A program made the translations under genes and the position numbers. From NCBI RefSeq assembly GCF_000172995.2, contig NC_014731.1, forward strand, positions 300,001 through 332,000: a stretch of 32,000 nt of DNA. Reading direction: 5' to 3'. The notes under the pieces were generated by a model, which saw only the letters and a list, made by a program, of their open reading frames with translations, had not been told where the DNA came from and did not search any database. Shown one piece after another: positions 17,371 to 25,867 of the stretch; position 1 is the stretch's first letter, and each line of letters opens with the position of its first letter. This DNA comes from Halogeometricum borinquense DSM 11551. GTDB lineage: Archaea; Halobacteriota; Halobacteria; Halobacteriales; Haloferacaceae.

Positions 17371-18951
17371 CTATCCGTCTTCAGAATCGGTGATTACCTC
17401 CGTATATCCGAGCTTGATGTGGCGCCATTCGAGGTGTTTCGCATCCTGTTCGGCGGCCTTGAGCTTGGCTTGGTTCGCGAGCGCCTCTAGGTCAGCACCC
17501 GACCAGCCGTCAGTATGTTCCGCAAGACGCTTGACATGGTCTTCCGTCAATTTGTGTGGAACGTCCAGTACGGTCAGCTTGAGGATCTCTGTCCGTGCTT
17601 TGATGTCGGGGAGTCCGATCTCGAACTCACAGTCAATACGACCAGGACGAAGGATTGCTTCGTCCATCCCATCCCGCTGGTTCGTCGTCAGCAGCAGGAT
17701 GAAATCCTGCTCCTCCTTGGTGAGCGCAGAGAGGAACATATTCGTGACCTTCTGATCCTCCGCGTGTGCGTTCTCACCCCGCGTGCGGTCGCTCAGTAGC
17801 TGTTCAGCCTCGTCGATGAAGACGACGCCGCCGAGGTGCTGCGCTTCCTCGAACAGCCGCTTGATGAGCTGTGGGCTCTTGTTAATGTACTCGTGGGTGA
17901 GGTCAGCCTGCGTCAGTTCGACGAAAGGCCGGTCAAGAGCGTTCGCGATCGCCCGAGCGAATAGCGTCTTCCCCGTCCCCGGCGGGCCTTGGAACAGGAG
18001 GCCACGCGACGGCTCCACGTCGAACCGATCGTAGCTCTCGCTGTCCGACTGTAGCGGATTGATGACCTGACTGGAGAGTTCCTCCTTGACGTCGTTGTAG
18101 CCACCGATGTCTTCGAACCGAACCTCCGGTGGCTCCTCCCAGGGATACGCGAATGATTCTATCCCGGTGTCCTCATCGTCCTCATCGCCCTCGTCAAGGT
18201 ACTCTTCGGTGCTGTCGGCGTCTTCTTCCGTCAAGGCTTCTTCCGCGTTCTGCTGGACTATTTTCACCAATTTCTCTTTGTCAATATCGGGCTCCGGATC
18301 ACTCTCGGCAGGATTGATCGAGTGGTTGTGGTTCGATTGCTCCGCCTCCGACTTGTCGTTCGATTCAGTCGGTTGACTGGCCGGCGTGTCAGATCCAGTC
18401 TCTCCTACCGTGGAAGTGGAATCCGTTTGCCACTGGGTTTCACGATTCTTGGACTCAAATTCTGGGGAATACGTCCCGTATGGATGTTCTCCTCCGAAGG
18501 TTGCGTTTTCGTACTTTCTAGATCCGAAGGGGCTCGTATCCAGATACCTCTCAATTGGATTCCCGGTCATATGGGCGACGCATGCTGCGACTGCGGTCGC
18601 GATACCCGCGCTGGCGAACACCTCAGTATTGCCAGTCCCATTGATCCATTCGACAGGGGAATATCCTAGGGTAATCCCGTGGAGAGTAACGATTCCGACC
18701 GCGAAAGCGCCAGCAACGATGCCCGTGTGAATGGGCTCCCAGAGATCCACATGCAGGTGGATCAACGCGCTGAGAATGACCACTACCAATAGTAGCGCCG
18801 GAGCGTTTGTCATGCTGCCGAACGCAACCAGCAGTACGATCTGCAAGGTCATTCTCTTGAAGGGAAGCCGTTCTTCTTCTTCCCAGTAATAAAACCACGT
18901 CAGGCTCATCCAGATGTAGGCGATGGCAAATAGCAGTAAGCTAAGACTCAT
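17371..18951 (-). CDS. membrane-anchored AAA+ ATPase (single Cdc48/FtsH-type AAA module, no protease domain)
   Basis: 526 aa. About 4 N-terminal TM segments, an acidic low-complexity linker, Walker A GPPGTGKT, Walker B VVFIDEAE, and TTNQRDGMDEAILRPGRID (sensor 1 / second region of homology). Confidence 0.85.
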   Translation of the reverse strand: MSLSLLLFAIAYIWMSLTWFYYWEEEERLPFKRMTLQIVLLVAFGSMTNAPALLLVVVILSALIHLHVDLWEPIHTGIVAGAFAVGIVTLHGITLGYSPVEWINGTGNTEVFASAGIATAVAACVAHMTGNPIERYLDTSPFGSRKYENATFGGEHPYGTYSPEFESKNRETQWQTDSTSTVGETGSDTPASQPTESNDKSEAEQSNHNHSINPAESDPEPDIDKEKLVKIVQQNAEEALTEEDADSTEEYLDEGDEDDEDTGIESFAYPWEEPPEVRFEDIGGYNDVKEELSSQVINPLQSDSESYDRFDVEPSRGLLFQGPPGTGKTLFARAIANALDRPFVELTQADLTHEYINKSPQLIKRLFEEAQHLGGVVFIDEAEQLLSDRTRGENAHAEDQKVTNMFLSALTKEEQDFILLLTTNQRDGMDEAILRPGRIDCEFEIGLPDIKARTEILKLTVLDVPHKLTEDHVKRLAEHTDGWSGADLEALANQAKLKAAEQDAKHLEWRHIKLGYTEVITDSEDG

Positions 18952-19163
18952 GCTGTGTTCCTCCTTGAGTCGGGTGAACGGGAGAGAAGCCCAGCGCTCG
19001 GGCCGCAGGTGCGGGCACGCGCCGCCGGGAGTCGAGGTGGGCTTTCATCCGTTCTTACTACCTGTTTCTGAGATTTCAGTTATAAAGTTCCGCCTCTGAA
19101 AGGTAGATCGGAACTAGTACGGCGGCACGAACCGATGTTTGGAGAAGGAAGCCGAGAACGCGG

Positions 19164-19412
19164 CTACGAGTCACCGACTGCGAGTGTAACCGTTCGCAAA
19201 GCTGCGTCTTGGCTAACGCCATACACATCGACGAGGACGTTCGCGAGCTGGTCTCGAGATGGGTGCTCGCCGTTGTGCTCGTCCAGATAGTAGCTGATCG
19301 CTGGCCGGACGCACCCACAAAGATACTCAGCTACGCCTCTATCTCTCTCCCGCGGAGTTGCGTAGCAAAAACAAACGAACAGCGACCGTCTACGCTCGAC
19401 CGCTATTCCGCG
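19164..19412 (-). other. open reading frame without a canonical start codon, encoding a CxC...CxC plus acidic helical segment; status unclear
   Basis: The minus frame reads ...RRRSLFVCFCYATPRERDRGVAEYLCGCVRPAISYYLDEHNGEHPSRDQLANVLVDVYGVSQDAALRTVTLAVGDS*. It has no ATG/GTG/TTG and overlaps the ARH stop region by about 20 nt. Confidence 0.2.
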
Positions 19413-20742
19413 CTAACTTGCGGCTCTGTCGAGCGATCTTGGAACCAGTTTTGATTCCGCGTTCAGTAAGCTGGCCGGCTTCAAGCAGGTCGGGGATGAT
19501 GTAATCCTCATAGGAGTCGATATCCATCCTGAGATCGTTCAGCCAGCGGGCTGGGAACGTCGAATCAGGCTTATGATCGACGCGGTAGAGACGCCATCCT
19601 GCACCAAATCGTGCTCCGACGATAGTGCCGGCGACAGCGCCGATCGTATCCGCATCACCGCCGTTGTTCACAGCGGAAACGATTGCGTCTTCGGCAGAGT
19701 CAGCGGTGAGGCCGTAGTAGAGCGCGGTCTCAAGCGTATCAAGGACGAATCCACTGTTCTCAAGGTCATCCTCACTGACCTCATCTGGAACCCGCTCCAG
19801 CCGTTCTACAAGTTCTGCGGGTGCGTCATCAGAGAGAGCCGTAAGAGCGACCTGCAGCGGTTCTTCTGAACCGTTGAGTATCGCTGCCAGCGTTAGGTTG
19901 AGGACCGCGCATCCGTGCGTGCAACGCGGGTCTGCATGCGTGATTTCAGACGACTTCCGGCTCATCTCTTGGAGCATCTGTTGGTCGTCAGGGTACGCAA
20001 TTGCGAGTGGAGCGCACCGCATTACACTCCCGTTCCCTGCAGCGTTGTTCGCACCACGAGATTCGAGCGTTTTGTGCCCGGCTTCACTAGCCGGGACACC
20101 ATTCTGAAGCCACGTGATGGAACTAATCGTCGTCACGCCGACGTCGAATGGGTCCGACTCGAACCACTCCACCAACTGTTCAGCGTACCGGGCAGCGTTG
20201 AACTCACCGTGCGCAAGGAGGTTCGCAACTAGATAGAGTGCAAGGTTCGTATCGTCAGTAACCGTCCCTGCCGGCTGGTTGTGGCTACCGTCCCCGAAGA
20301 ACTTGGTAACGGTCCCGTGTTCCGCTTCGATTTCACTCGAGGACATGAACTCAACAGGACGCCCGAGCGCATCGCCACATGCGAGACCGAGGATGATACC
20401 GATAGAACGGTCGAGTCGCGTAATCAGTTCTTGGTCGTCGACGTCCCGCCCGATCGTGTTGTCTGCAGTTGCTTCCAGCCCCCACGTGCGCCGGATCCGC
20501 TCGGCCTGGAGAGAGAGTTGGCGACTGGACTGGTGCTCAGACGGCGTTTCGAGGAGGTCGAACCCGGTCAGGTCGGTGTACCTCGTGACGAGCTCGTAGT
20601 CGGACTTGAAGGGATGAAGTTCGTAGAAGTGACCTTCCGTCGGTAACGGCTTATCCAGGTCGCTGTATGGGGCGTGATCGTAGTTGTTCCCCTTAGTAAA
20701 CGGATTCTCCGGAGGCATTGTAACATCCGACTCATCTTCCAT
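19390..20742 (-). CDS. ADP-ribosylglycohydrolase (ARH/DraG) family protein with ~125-aa N-terminal and ~65-aa C-terminal extensions
   Basis: GLACGDALGRPVEF, GNGSVMRCAPLA and NNGGDADTIGAVAGTIVGARFG are ARH-family motifs. I take the first ATG at 20742 (MEDESDV...), which has an AT-rich taattatt box about 30 nt upstream. The listed ORF starts at a TTG at 20769. Confidence 0.85.
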   Translation of the reverse strand: MEDESDVTMPPENPFTKGNNYDHAPYSDLDKPLPTEGHFYELHPFKSDYELVTRYTDLTGFDLLETPSEHQSSRQLSLQAERIRRTWGLEATADNTIGRDVDDQELITRLDRSIGIILGLACGDALGRPVEFMSSSEIEAEHGTVTKFFGDGSHNQPAGTVTDDTNLALYLVANLLAHGEFNAARYAEQLVEWFESDPFDVGVTTISSITWLQNGVPASEAGHKTLESRGANNAAGNGSVMRCAPLAIAYPDDQQMLQEMSRKSSEITHADPRCTHGCAVLNLTLAAILNGSEEPLQVALTALSDDAPAELVERLERVPDEVSEDDLENSGFVLDTLETALYYGLTADSAEDAIVSAVNNGGDADTIGAVAGTIVGARFGAGWRLYRVDHKPDSTFPARWLNDLRMDIDSYEDYIIPDLLEAGQLTERGIKTGSKIARQSRKLARNSGRA

Positions 20743-20904
20743 ACCGAATCGGTAGATGACACTACACAATAATTACCTAGCTCATCACGGGGATCACGGA
20801 CTGCAGCCGTTGGCTCCCCTGACTGAGAGGAATGCTCTGATGGCATCGGGATGTCAAGCGTCGAGATTGGGGAGTGTGCGGTTGGGACACATGCCCCAGT
20901 CTAA

Positions 20905-21096
20905 TTATGCCTCGCGTTGCAAGAGGAGACTCACTGTCGCGCCACGCTTGTCAGTAATCGGAGCGACGACATCCCAGCCATCTGCCCCGAGTTCGTTCAG
21001 TCGCCCAACCGGCGGGTCAACGTTGCCACCGAGTCCAGCCACCATGACGCTGCTGTCGACTTCGACAGTCCGATATTCGTAAGAGGGCATGCGCAT
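20905..21096 (-). CDS. DUF4177-like small protein
   Basis: MRMPSYEYRTVEVD...LNELGADGWDVVAPI has the pattern of DUF4177 proteins (YEYKTV...LN.LG..GWE.V). Confidence 0.55.
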   Translation of the reverse strand: MRMPSYEYRTVEVDSSVMVAGLGGNVDPPVGRLNELGADGWDVVAPITDKRGATVSLLLQREA

Positions 21097-21246
21097 GCTC
21101 TGATGACGACCAGTAGCAAACCTCTTGTGATTTTCGCAGTGGTGGAGAGGTGCTGCTGCACCACTGATCGGTACTCCGCGTTCACGCGGAGGAGGATGTC
21201 AACTGGCTCGGGTACCGAAGGGCGATATGCAGTCGTTCGCTCAACC

Positions 21247-21963
21247 ATGGGGACTATCAAAAGAGAGTATGATGTACCAGTATCGAGTTCAAAAGAGGCT
21301 CATGACGTGACTCGTAAACCGCTCCCCACCGAACATCTCTCACCACTCGCTACGCTCGTGGATGAAGTACTTGCATGCGTTGGGTACGAGATGGCGGCCG
21401 CCACCGACATCATCGACGACGCTGTCCCCGGCTACGGCGGCCTCTTCGACCCTGCGACGACCCCCGGAGAGTTGCGACACGCGCTCGACAGCGTGCTGGC
21501 ATCAGACCTCAGCCGGCCTCCCGCCCCTGAGTCGACGGACGACTCGTTCATCCTTTACGTCGATGGCGGTTCACGCGGCAACCCCGGCCCAGCGGGTGCA
21601 GGCGCGGTCATCATGGACGCCACCGAAACCGAACTCGCCCGGCTCGGCCGTCCTGTCGGCTCCCGGACGGGGAACAACACCGCCGAGTACGTTGCCCTCC
21701 AACTGGGACTTTCCGAACTACTGGCTCGCTACGACCCCCGGAGCCTAGAAGTACGCATTGACTCGATGACGGTCATCAGGGACGCCTGGGATGACGACGA
21801 CCCGACAGAGCCAGGCGTCGAGACGTACAGCGAGGCGATCGCCACGGCACTCTTGAGCGTTCCAGAACACCGGTACACGCATCTCGCGGATAGTGACCCA
21901 AACCCAGCCGATGCGCTGGCGACAGTCGGGGCCGATATCGCAGCATTAGGACCCGGATCGTGA
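21247..21963 (+). CDS. rnhA: ribonuclease HI (type 1) with haloarchaeal-type N-terminal extension
   Basis: FILYVDGGSRGNPGPAGAGAVI, TGNNTAEYVALQLGL and IDSMTVI are RNase H catalytic-core motifs. Start is placed at MGTIK (21247), with 21196 as an alternative. The listed 20917 start would overlap the opposite-strand DUF4177 gene. Confidence 0.8.
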   Translation: MGTIKREYDVPVSSSKEAHDVTRKPLPTEHLSPLATLVDEVLACVGYEMAAATDIIDDAVPGYGGLFDPATTPGELRHALDSVLASDLSRPPAPESTDDSFILYVDGGSRGNPGPAGAGAVIMDATETELARLGRPVGSRTGNNTAEYVALQLGLSELLARYDPRSLEVRIDSMTVIRDAWDDDDPTEPGVETYSEAIATALLSVPEHRYTHLADSDPNPADALATVGADIAALGPGS

Positions 21964-22052
21964 ACCGCCTCGCTTATCTGTAGAGCTTCATCGCCCGAGA
22001 CCCCAGACCGAGCGCATCGTCAAGACGAACGATTGGTATCCCGTCAGCCGCA

Positions 22053-22784
22053 ATGTACGGACACACTCGAATGGACTCGCTACTCACGATCGATGACGAG
22101 CTATGCACTGGAACCATCGTCGACCGGCCCAATCGGTTCGTCGTCCGCGTTCGGTTCGAAGACGAGCCAGAACGTGTCTTCCTCGGGGACCCTGGCGCGC
22201 TCGAAGGGACGATCGAACCGGGACACGAGATTCTCTGTGCACCAGTCGACGATCCGGAGCGGGCGACAGACTACGACGCTATCGCCGTCCATGTTGACAC
22301 CGTGTACGTGAGCGTTCGACCGGCGTTAGCGAACGACCTCTTCGAGCGCGCACTCGGCCGCAACGCGATTCCTGCGTTCGACGGATACACCTGCCGAAAA
22401 CGAGAACCTGCGCTGCCCGACCACGGCCGGACGGATTTCCGTCTCGAGACACCGAGCGGCAACACCGCCTCCGTCGAAATCAAATCCTGCACCCACGTCG
22501 AAGACCGCATCGCCAAGTTTCCAGATCGGCAGACTGAGCGTGGTCGGCGTCACCTCCGAAGCCTCGAAGCGCTCTGTGAAGACGGCCACGAGACGCATGT
22601 CGTGTTCGTGGTGCAGCGACCTGACGTCGAACGCTTCCGACCCTACCGAGATGTCGATCCGGAGTTCGCCGAACTACTCAGCCAGGTGCAGGAAACTGGG
22701 GTGGGCGTACACGCGATAACCACCTCGTTTAAGCCGCCCCACTACGTGCTTCGGAAAGACGATCTGCCCGTGGACATCGACTGA
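22053..22784 (+). CDS. sfsA: SfsA-family nuclease / sugar fermentation stimulation protein homologue
   Basis: VDRPNRFVV, YVSVRPALAN, VEIKSCTHVED and AKFPDRQTERGRRHL follow the SfsA layout. Alternative start at 22071. Confidence 0.85.
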   Translation: MYGHTRMDSLLTIDDELCTGTIVDRPNRFVVRVRFEDEPERVFLGDPGALEGTIEPGHEILCAPVDDPERATDYDAIAVHVDTVYVSVRPALANDLFERALGRNAIPAFDGYTCRKREPALPDHGRTDFRLETPSGNTASVEIKSCTHVEDRIAKFPDRQTERGRRHLRSLEALCEDGHETHVVFVVQRPDVERFRPYRDVDPEFAELLSQVQETGVGVHAITTSFKPPHYVLRKDDLPVDID

Positions 22785-22832
22785 CAGGCGTCAGCTCAAG
22801 GATTGAATAACGGCCAGTCCGTATGTGTTCGT

Positions 22833-23165
22833 ATGGCAAAGCGATTCGTTCGAGCCCGGCCGAAGCGCGATCAACTCCCGGACCTGCGGGAGCGACTCGA
22901 GAGCGGTGAGATCGAAGCGATGGAGCCGTTCGGCCGTGCGATGACGAAGGCGTTAGAGAACGCGCGATTCGACCCGGCGAGTGGAGAGGCGATTTGGATC
23001 GAGGAGGATTACTGCGTTCCACCACTCGCGATGGAACGGGCAGAAGTCCTTGACGACTACTTCACAGAGATCACGATCGTCGAGGAGGATGTCGACGAAG
23101 CCGCCGGGTGGCAACAGATAGACGACCTGCCGGGGTTGTGGGAGCAGATACTCGACCAAGCCTAA
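22833..23165 (+). CDS. conserved-looking hypothetical acidic protein
   Basis: From the ATG at 22833: MAKRFVRARPKRDQLPDLRERLESGEIEAMEPFGRAM... High GC and acidic. Confidence 0.5.
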   Translation: MAKRFVRARPKRDQLPDLRERLESGEIEAMEPFGRAMTKALENARFDPASGEAIWIEEDYCVPPLAMERAEVLDDYFTEITIVEEDVDEAAGWQQIDDLPGLWEQILDQA

Positions 23166-23431
23166 CGATGGTCGGACTGAGGCGTTTGCTATTCCGTCGG
23201 CAGACTGCGTCTGGCGGGCACTCAGAACGCAGATCGGTCTGGTGACGCCCTGTAGGGCGGGGAGAATGTCGAATGCAGCACCGACAACCCGTGTCCAACC
23301 ACCGGGATAATTGAGGCATTATATGACACAGGCACGTTGGTCACAATAATGAGAACCGTTGAGTCAGCTGATATCAACGATTCCCGCCCGCTCGAGAAAC
23401 TTCGAGCGGTTCTACAGGAACACTCGGTACA

Positions 23432-23830
23432 GTGTGCACCCTCTTCGGTTCCCACGCCACCGGAACGACACATCCAACAAGTGATACCGACATTGCAGTA
23501 GAGCTTGAGACGACCGACCGTGAGGACCCCGCGTACAACGACGCATTCTTCGGTCTCAGTGCGGATCTGAGCGATGCGCTCGGAACGGATGACGTATACC
23601 TCGTCGACATCCACACACTCTCACCAAGCGTTGCTGCGTCGGTGTTCGAAGCGGGAGTTCTACGTATCGGCGACGTAGCTCATGCTGAAGACCTTCGTCA
23701 ACGTGTGACCAATACAGACGCTCCAGACCAGTCCCCACGCGAACGTTTCGACACTGCACTTGCAAAGATTGATGACCATCTCGGTGGGTCTGGCGTCACG
23801 GCAACAGATGGCAACGACCGTGAGCGATGA
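23432..23830 (+). CDS. MNT-type nucleotidyltransferase-domain protein (antitoxin-like); N-terminal helix displaced into another frame
   Basis: LFGSHATGTTHPTSDTDIAVE matches the GS-x(n)-DxD NTase motif. The ATG at 23349 in frame +3 reads MRTVESADINDSRPLEKLRAVLQEHSVQ and meets this ORF at about 23425-23432. Confidence 0.6.
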   Translation: MCTLFGSHATGTTHPTSDTDIAVELETTDREDPAYNDAFFGLSADLSDALGTDDVYLVDIHTLSPSVAASVFEAGVLRIGDVAHAEDLRQRVTNTDAPDQSPRERFDTALAKIDDHLGGSGVTATDGNDRER

Positions 23831-23867
23831 CAGATTACATGTTGTTAGGGCGTCGTGTTAGGGGTAC

Positions 23868-24140
23868 ATGGAGCAGAATAGCAAGTATGGTGGGTGGGGA
23901 AAAATCTCAGACATAGGTGTTGCTGTGTTTTGCTTGCTGGGAAGCGTTTTCATATTATTTATGTCGCACGCGCTAGCTAGTGCTGGAATCTTGACCATTG
24001 CAGGGATCGCTCTATTGCGACTTCGATCGCAGGATGTGCGTGACTGGACCGACGAGCACACAAGACTGTTCCAGTTGATTTTGGTCCTAATCGGTCTAGT
24101 TATGCTAGTTGATGTGTATCCTGTGGAAGCGCTTCCTTGA
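23868..24140 (+). CDS. small membrane protein (3 predicted TM segments)
   Basis: 90-aa ORF with hydrophobic stretches IGVAVFCLLGSVFILFM, AGILTIAGIALL and LFQLILVLIGLVMLV. Confidence 0.4.
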   Translation: MEQNSKYGGWGKISDIGVAVFCLLGSVFILFMSHALASAGILTIAGIALLRLRSQDVRDWTDEHTRLFQLILVLIGLVMLVDVYPVEALP

Positions 24141-24785
24141 GATTGTTATCTACGAGTAGTGGATGAGTTGCTTGGTCCCCGAGGTCGCAAAGGAGACGGC
24201 GAGGACGACGAACGGCACGAGTAGCGCGCCGACGGCTCAGGAGAAGGCGACGACCGAAACCGCAGTGGCCGCCGACGCCAACGCGAGATAGACGCCGTAG
24301 GTGAGCGCCCGACGCCGAAGGGAACGGCGGATCGCATCGCCGCCGCCGTCGGAGAGGGAAAAGCGGGGTCTTCTCGGTCCCGCGGATGGTCGGCGTCCCC
24401 GCATCGACGGACAGCTCGCCGTGGACCGTCAGCCGGGCCCCCTCGGGGACGGCCTTCGACAGGAAGTAGTCGTTCTTCAGGTCGATGTCCGGGTCATCGA
24501 CGACGACGCCTCGGAGCCGTTCGAGCGGCAGTTCCGTCGAGTGATCAGCCAGCTGGACGTACGGCGAATTCCTGAGGTAGACGTGCCCGTCCGGCTCGGG
24601 GGGAAGCCGACCGGCCGTACCGCCGCCAGCCGGTCGGCGTCGTGGACGTCTCGCAGCCACCCCGGGTCGACCCGGAGCTTCCCGTTCTCGGTCGCGACGG
24701 TGAACGATCCGAACTCGACGCCGGAGGCGAACCGCACGACCGTCGCTCGAAAGGTTTCGGCCAGCTCTTCTCCGTTGGCTCATTT
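24140..24785 (-). pseudogene. high-GC remnant of a membrane-anchored protein gene (N-terminally truncated, at least 2 frameshifts and an in-frame TGA)
   Basis: Sensible translation needs three frames: ...GEELAETFRATVVRFASGVEFGSFTVATENGKLRVDPGWLRDVHDADRLAAVRPVGFPP / EPDGHVYLRNSPYVQLADHSTELPLERLRGVVVDDPDIDLKNDYFLSKAVPEGARLTVHGELSVDAGTPTIRGTEKTPLF / LSDGGGDAIRRSLRRRALTYGVYLALASAATAVSVVAFS*AVGALLVPFVVLAVSFATSG. The first frame switch sits at a G7 run (24598-24604). Confidence 0.6.
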
Positions 24786-25310
24786 CGTAGATGAGTTATT
24801 GACCGCAGTTGTACCGTTCACCGTAGTTGAGTTGGTCAATAAATTCCGTTGGACAGTAGACCTGCAGTTCCACGTCTCACAGATCTAAGTACGGTCTGCT
24901 GGAGTGATTGAGATTATTCGAGGGGGCAGAAAAGATTTCCAACGAACTTCCTTGTTCCTACAGATTGCAGATGAGAGAATGGAACTGATGTACGAGTCCA
25001 CTCTATTAGAAAAATATTATCCATACTATTTTGCATATTTTTAAGTAATATCATCGATCCGACGAGGGTCGTGAAGAATACGATAACAACAACAGCTCTT
25101 CAGAGAGTCCTTGGCTCAGCATTTCCTCCAATAGCAACGCCAGCGAGCATAGCTACAATCAATGCAGTAAATAATTCAATAGAACTGAAATAATAACGGT
25201 CTCACATTCCTATTTCCCTGATTCGCGATTGTGTCGAGTCTATCTCTCTGGGATGGATTCGCGGTAGTCTGTCATTTCTAAAATGTATGATCTGCTCCAG
25301 TATTGTGGTA

Positions 25311-25745
25311 ATCTACAGTTGGAAAGCGGCAGGTGTAGGCAGTAGTGCGTTCTCATATGCATTCTTAGTTATTTCACAGTACCCGAGTACTATTTAATAT
25401 TAAAATAGTGTATCTACTGCTATAGTTCTTCTATATAGTAGTGTACATCGTAGATATACGAACAATCTGGCGATTGATTAGCGTCGGATTCAAAAATGTC
25501 GTGAAGTGTGGGTGGTCGAAGCGAAATTTGTCACCGATACCGTGTTTATTCTCCAATGTAGTTCTCCTGGAGACCTCCCGTCCGTCGTGTTCTGGGCTTG
25601 TGGCGTGCCAGCGAGTAAAATCGAGCAATCCGAATCGTGGGTACGTAGACGTTAATCATGTCATATGTTCTATCATTACAATATTATTCTTGTAAGGCCG
25701 GAATATGCCAGCCTCCATTCAGAATTCCAGTCGAACTGGAATCTT
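25311..25745 (-). repeat. left arm of a long diverged inverted repeat (helicase 5'-fragment-like, decayed)
   Basis: The reverse complement aligns with 30514-30930. Identical blocks: 25708-25730 vs 30527-30549 (23 nt), 25582-25606 vs 30651-30675 (25 nt), 25522-25544 vs 30708-30730 (23 nt). The stretch 25608-25707 vs 30550-30649 gives 73/100 identities ungapped by hand. Confidence 0.85.
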
Positions 25746-25806
25746 CTTCTGATCGCTTCGTACAGACCAATATCGAACGAAAACAAAAATAAAAAATTCG
25801 CGGCTG

Positions 25807-25843
25807 TAGCTGACAGGCAGTAATTGTTATATTTCGTCAGCTA
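25807..25843. promoter_or_regulatory. 8-bp perfect inverted repeat flanking a TATA-like box upstream of the wHTH regulator gene (candidate operator)
   Basis: tagctgac (25807-25814) and gtcagcta (25836-25843) flank aggcagtaattgttatatttc. The site ends 6-24 nt before the possible starts at 25850 and 25868. Confidence 0.35.
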
Positions 25844-25867
25844 AGACAAGTGGCCGCAAGAGAAAAT

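Noticed and set aside
19209-19454. 81-aa plus-strand ORF in the ARH/AAA spacer
   Set aside because: It would overlap the ARH 3' end convergently by ~65 nt, starts at a TTG, and has no motif. Third-position GC does not favour it clearly over the minus frame, so it is left uncalled.
20917-21246. The 5' 110 codons of the listed 348-aa ORF upstream of RNase HI
   Set aside because: This stretch overlaps the opposite-strand DUF4177-like gene and has a Cys/Arg-rich, non-acidic translation. The RNase HI start is placed at 21247 (or 21196).
24100-24888. Arg-rich ORFs of 227 aa (minus strand) and 195 aa (plus strand)
   Set aside because: These are out-of-frame or antisense readings of the frameshifted high-GC pseudogene. 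Only pieces of three minus frames give sensible protein.
25431-25628. 65-aa ORF inside the left repeat arm, and the 61-aa ORF at 30752..30937 in the right arm
   Set aside because: They cover non-equivalent parts and frames of the repeat and are interrupted in the other copy. They are better explained as chance open stretches in decayed helicase-derived sequence.
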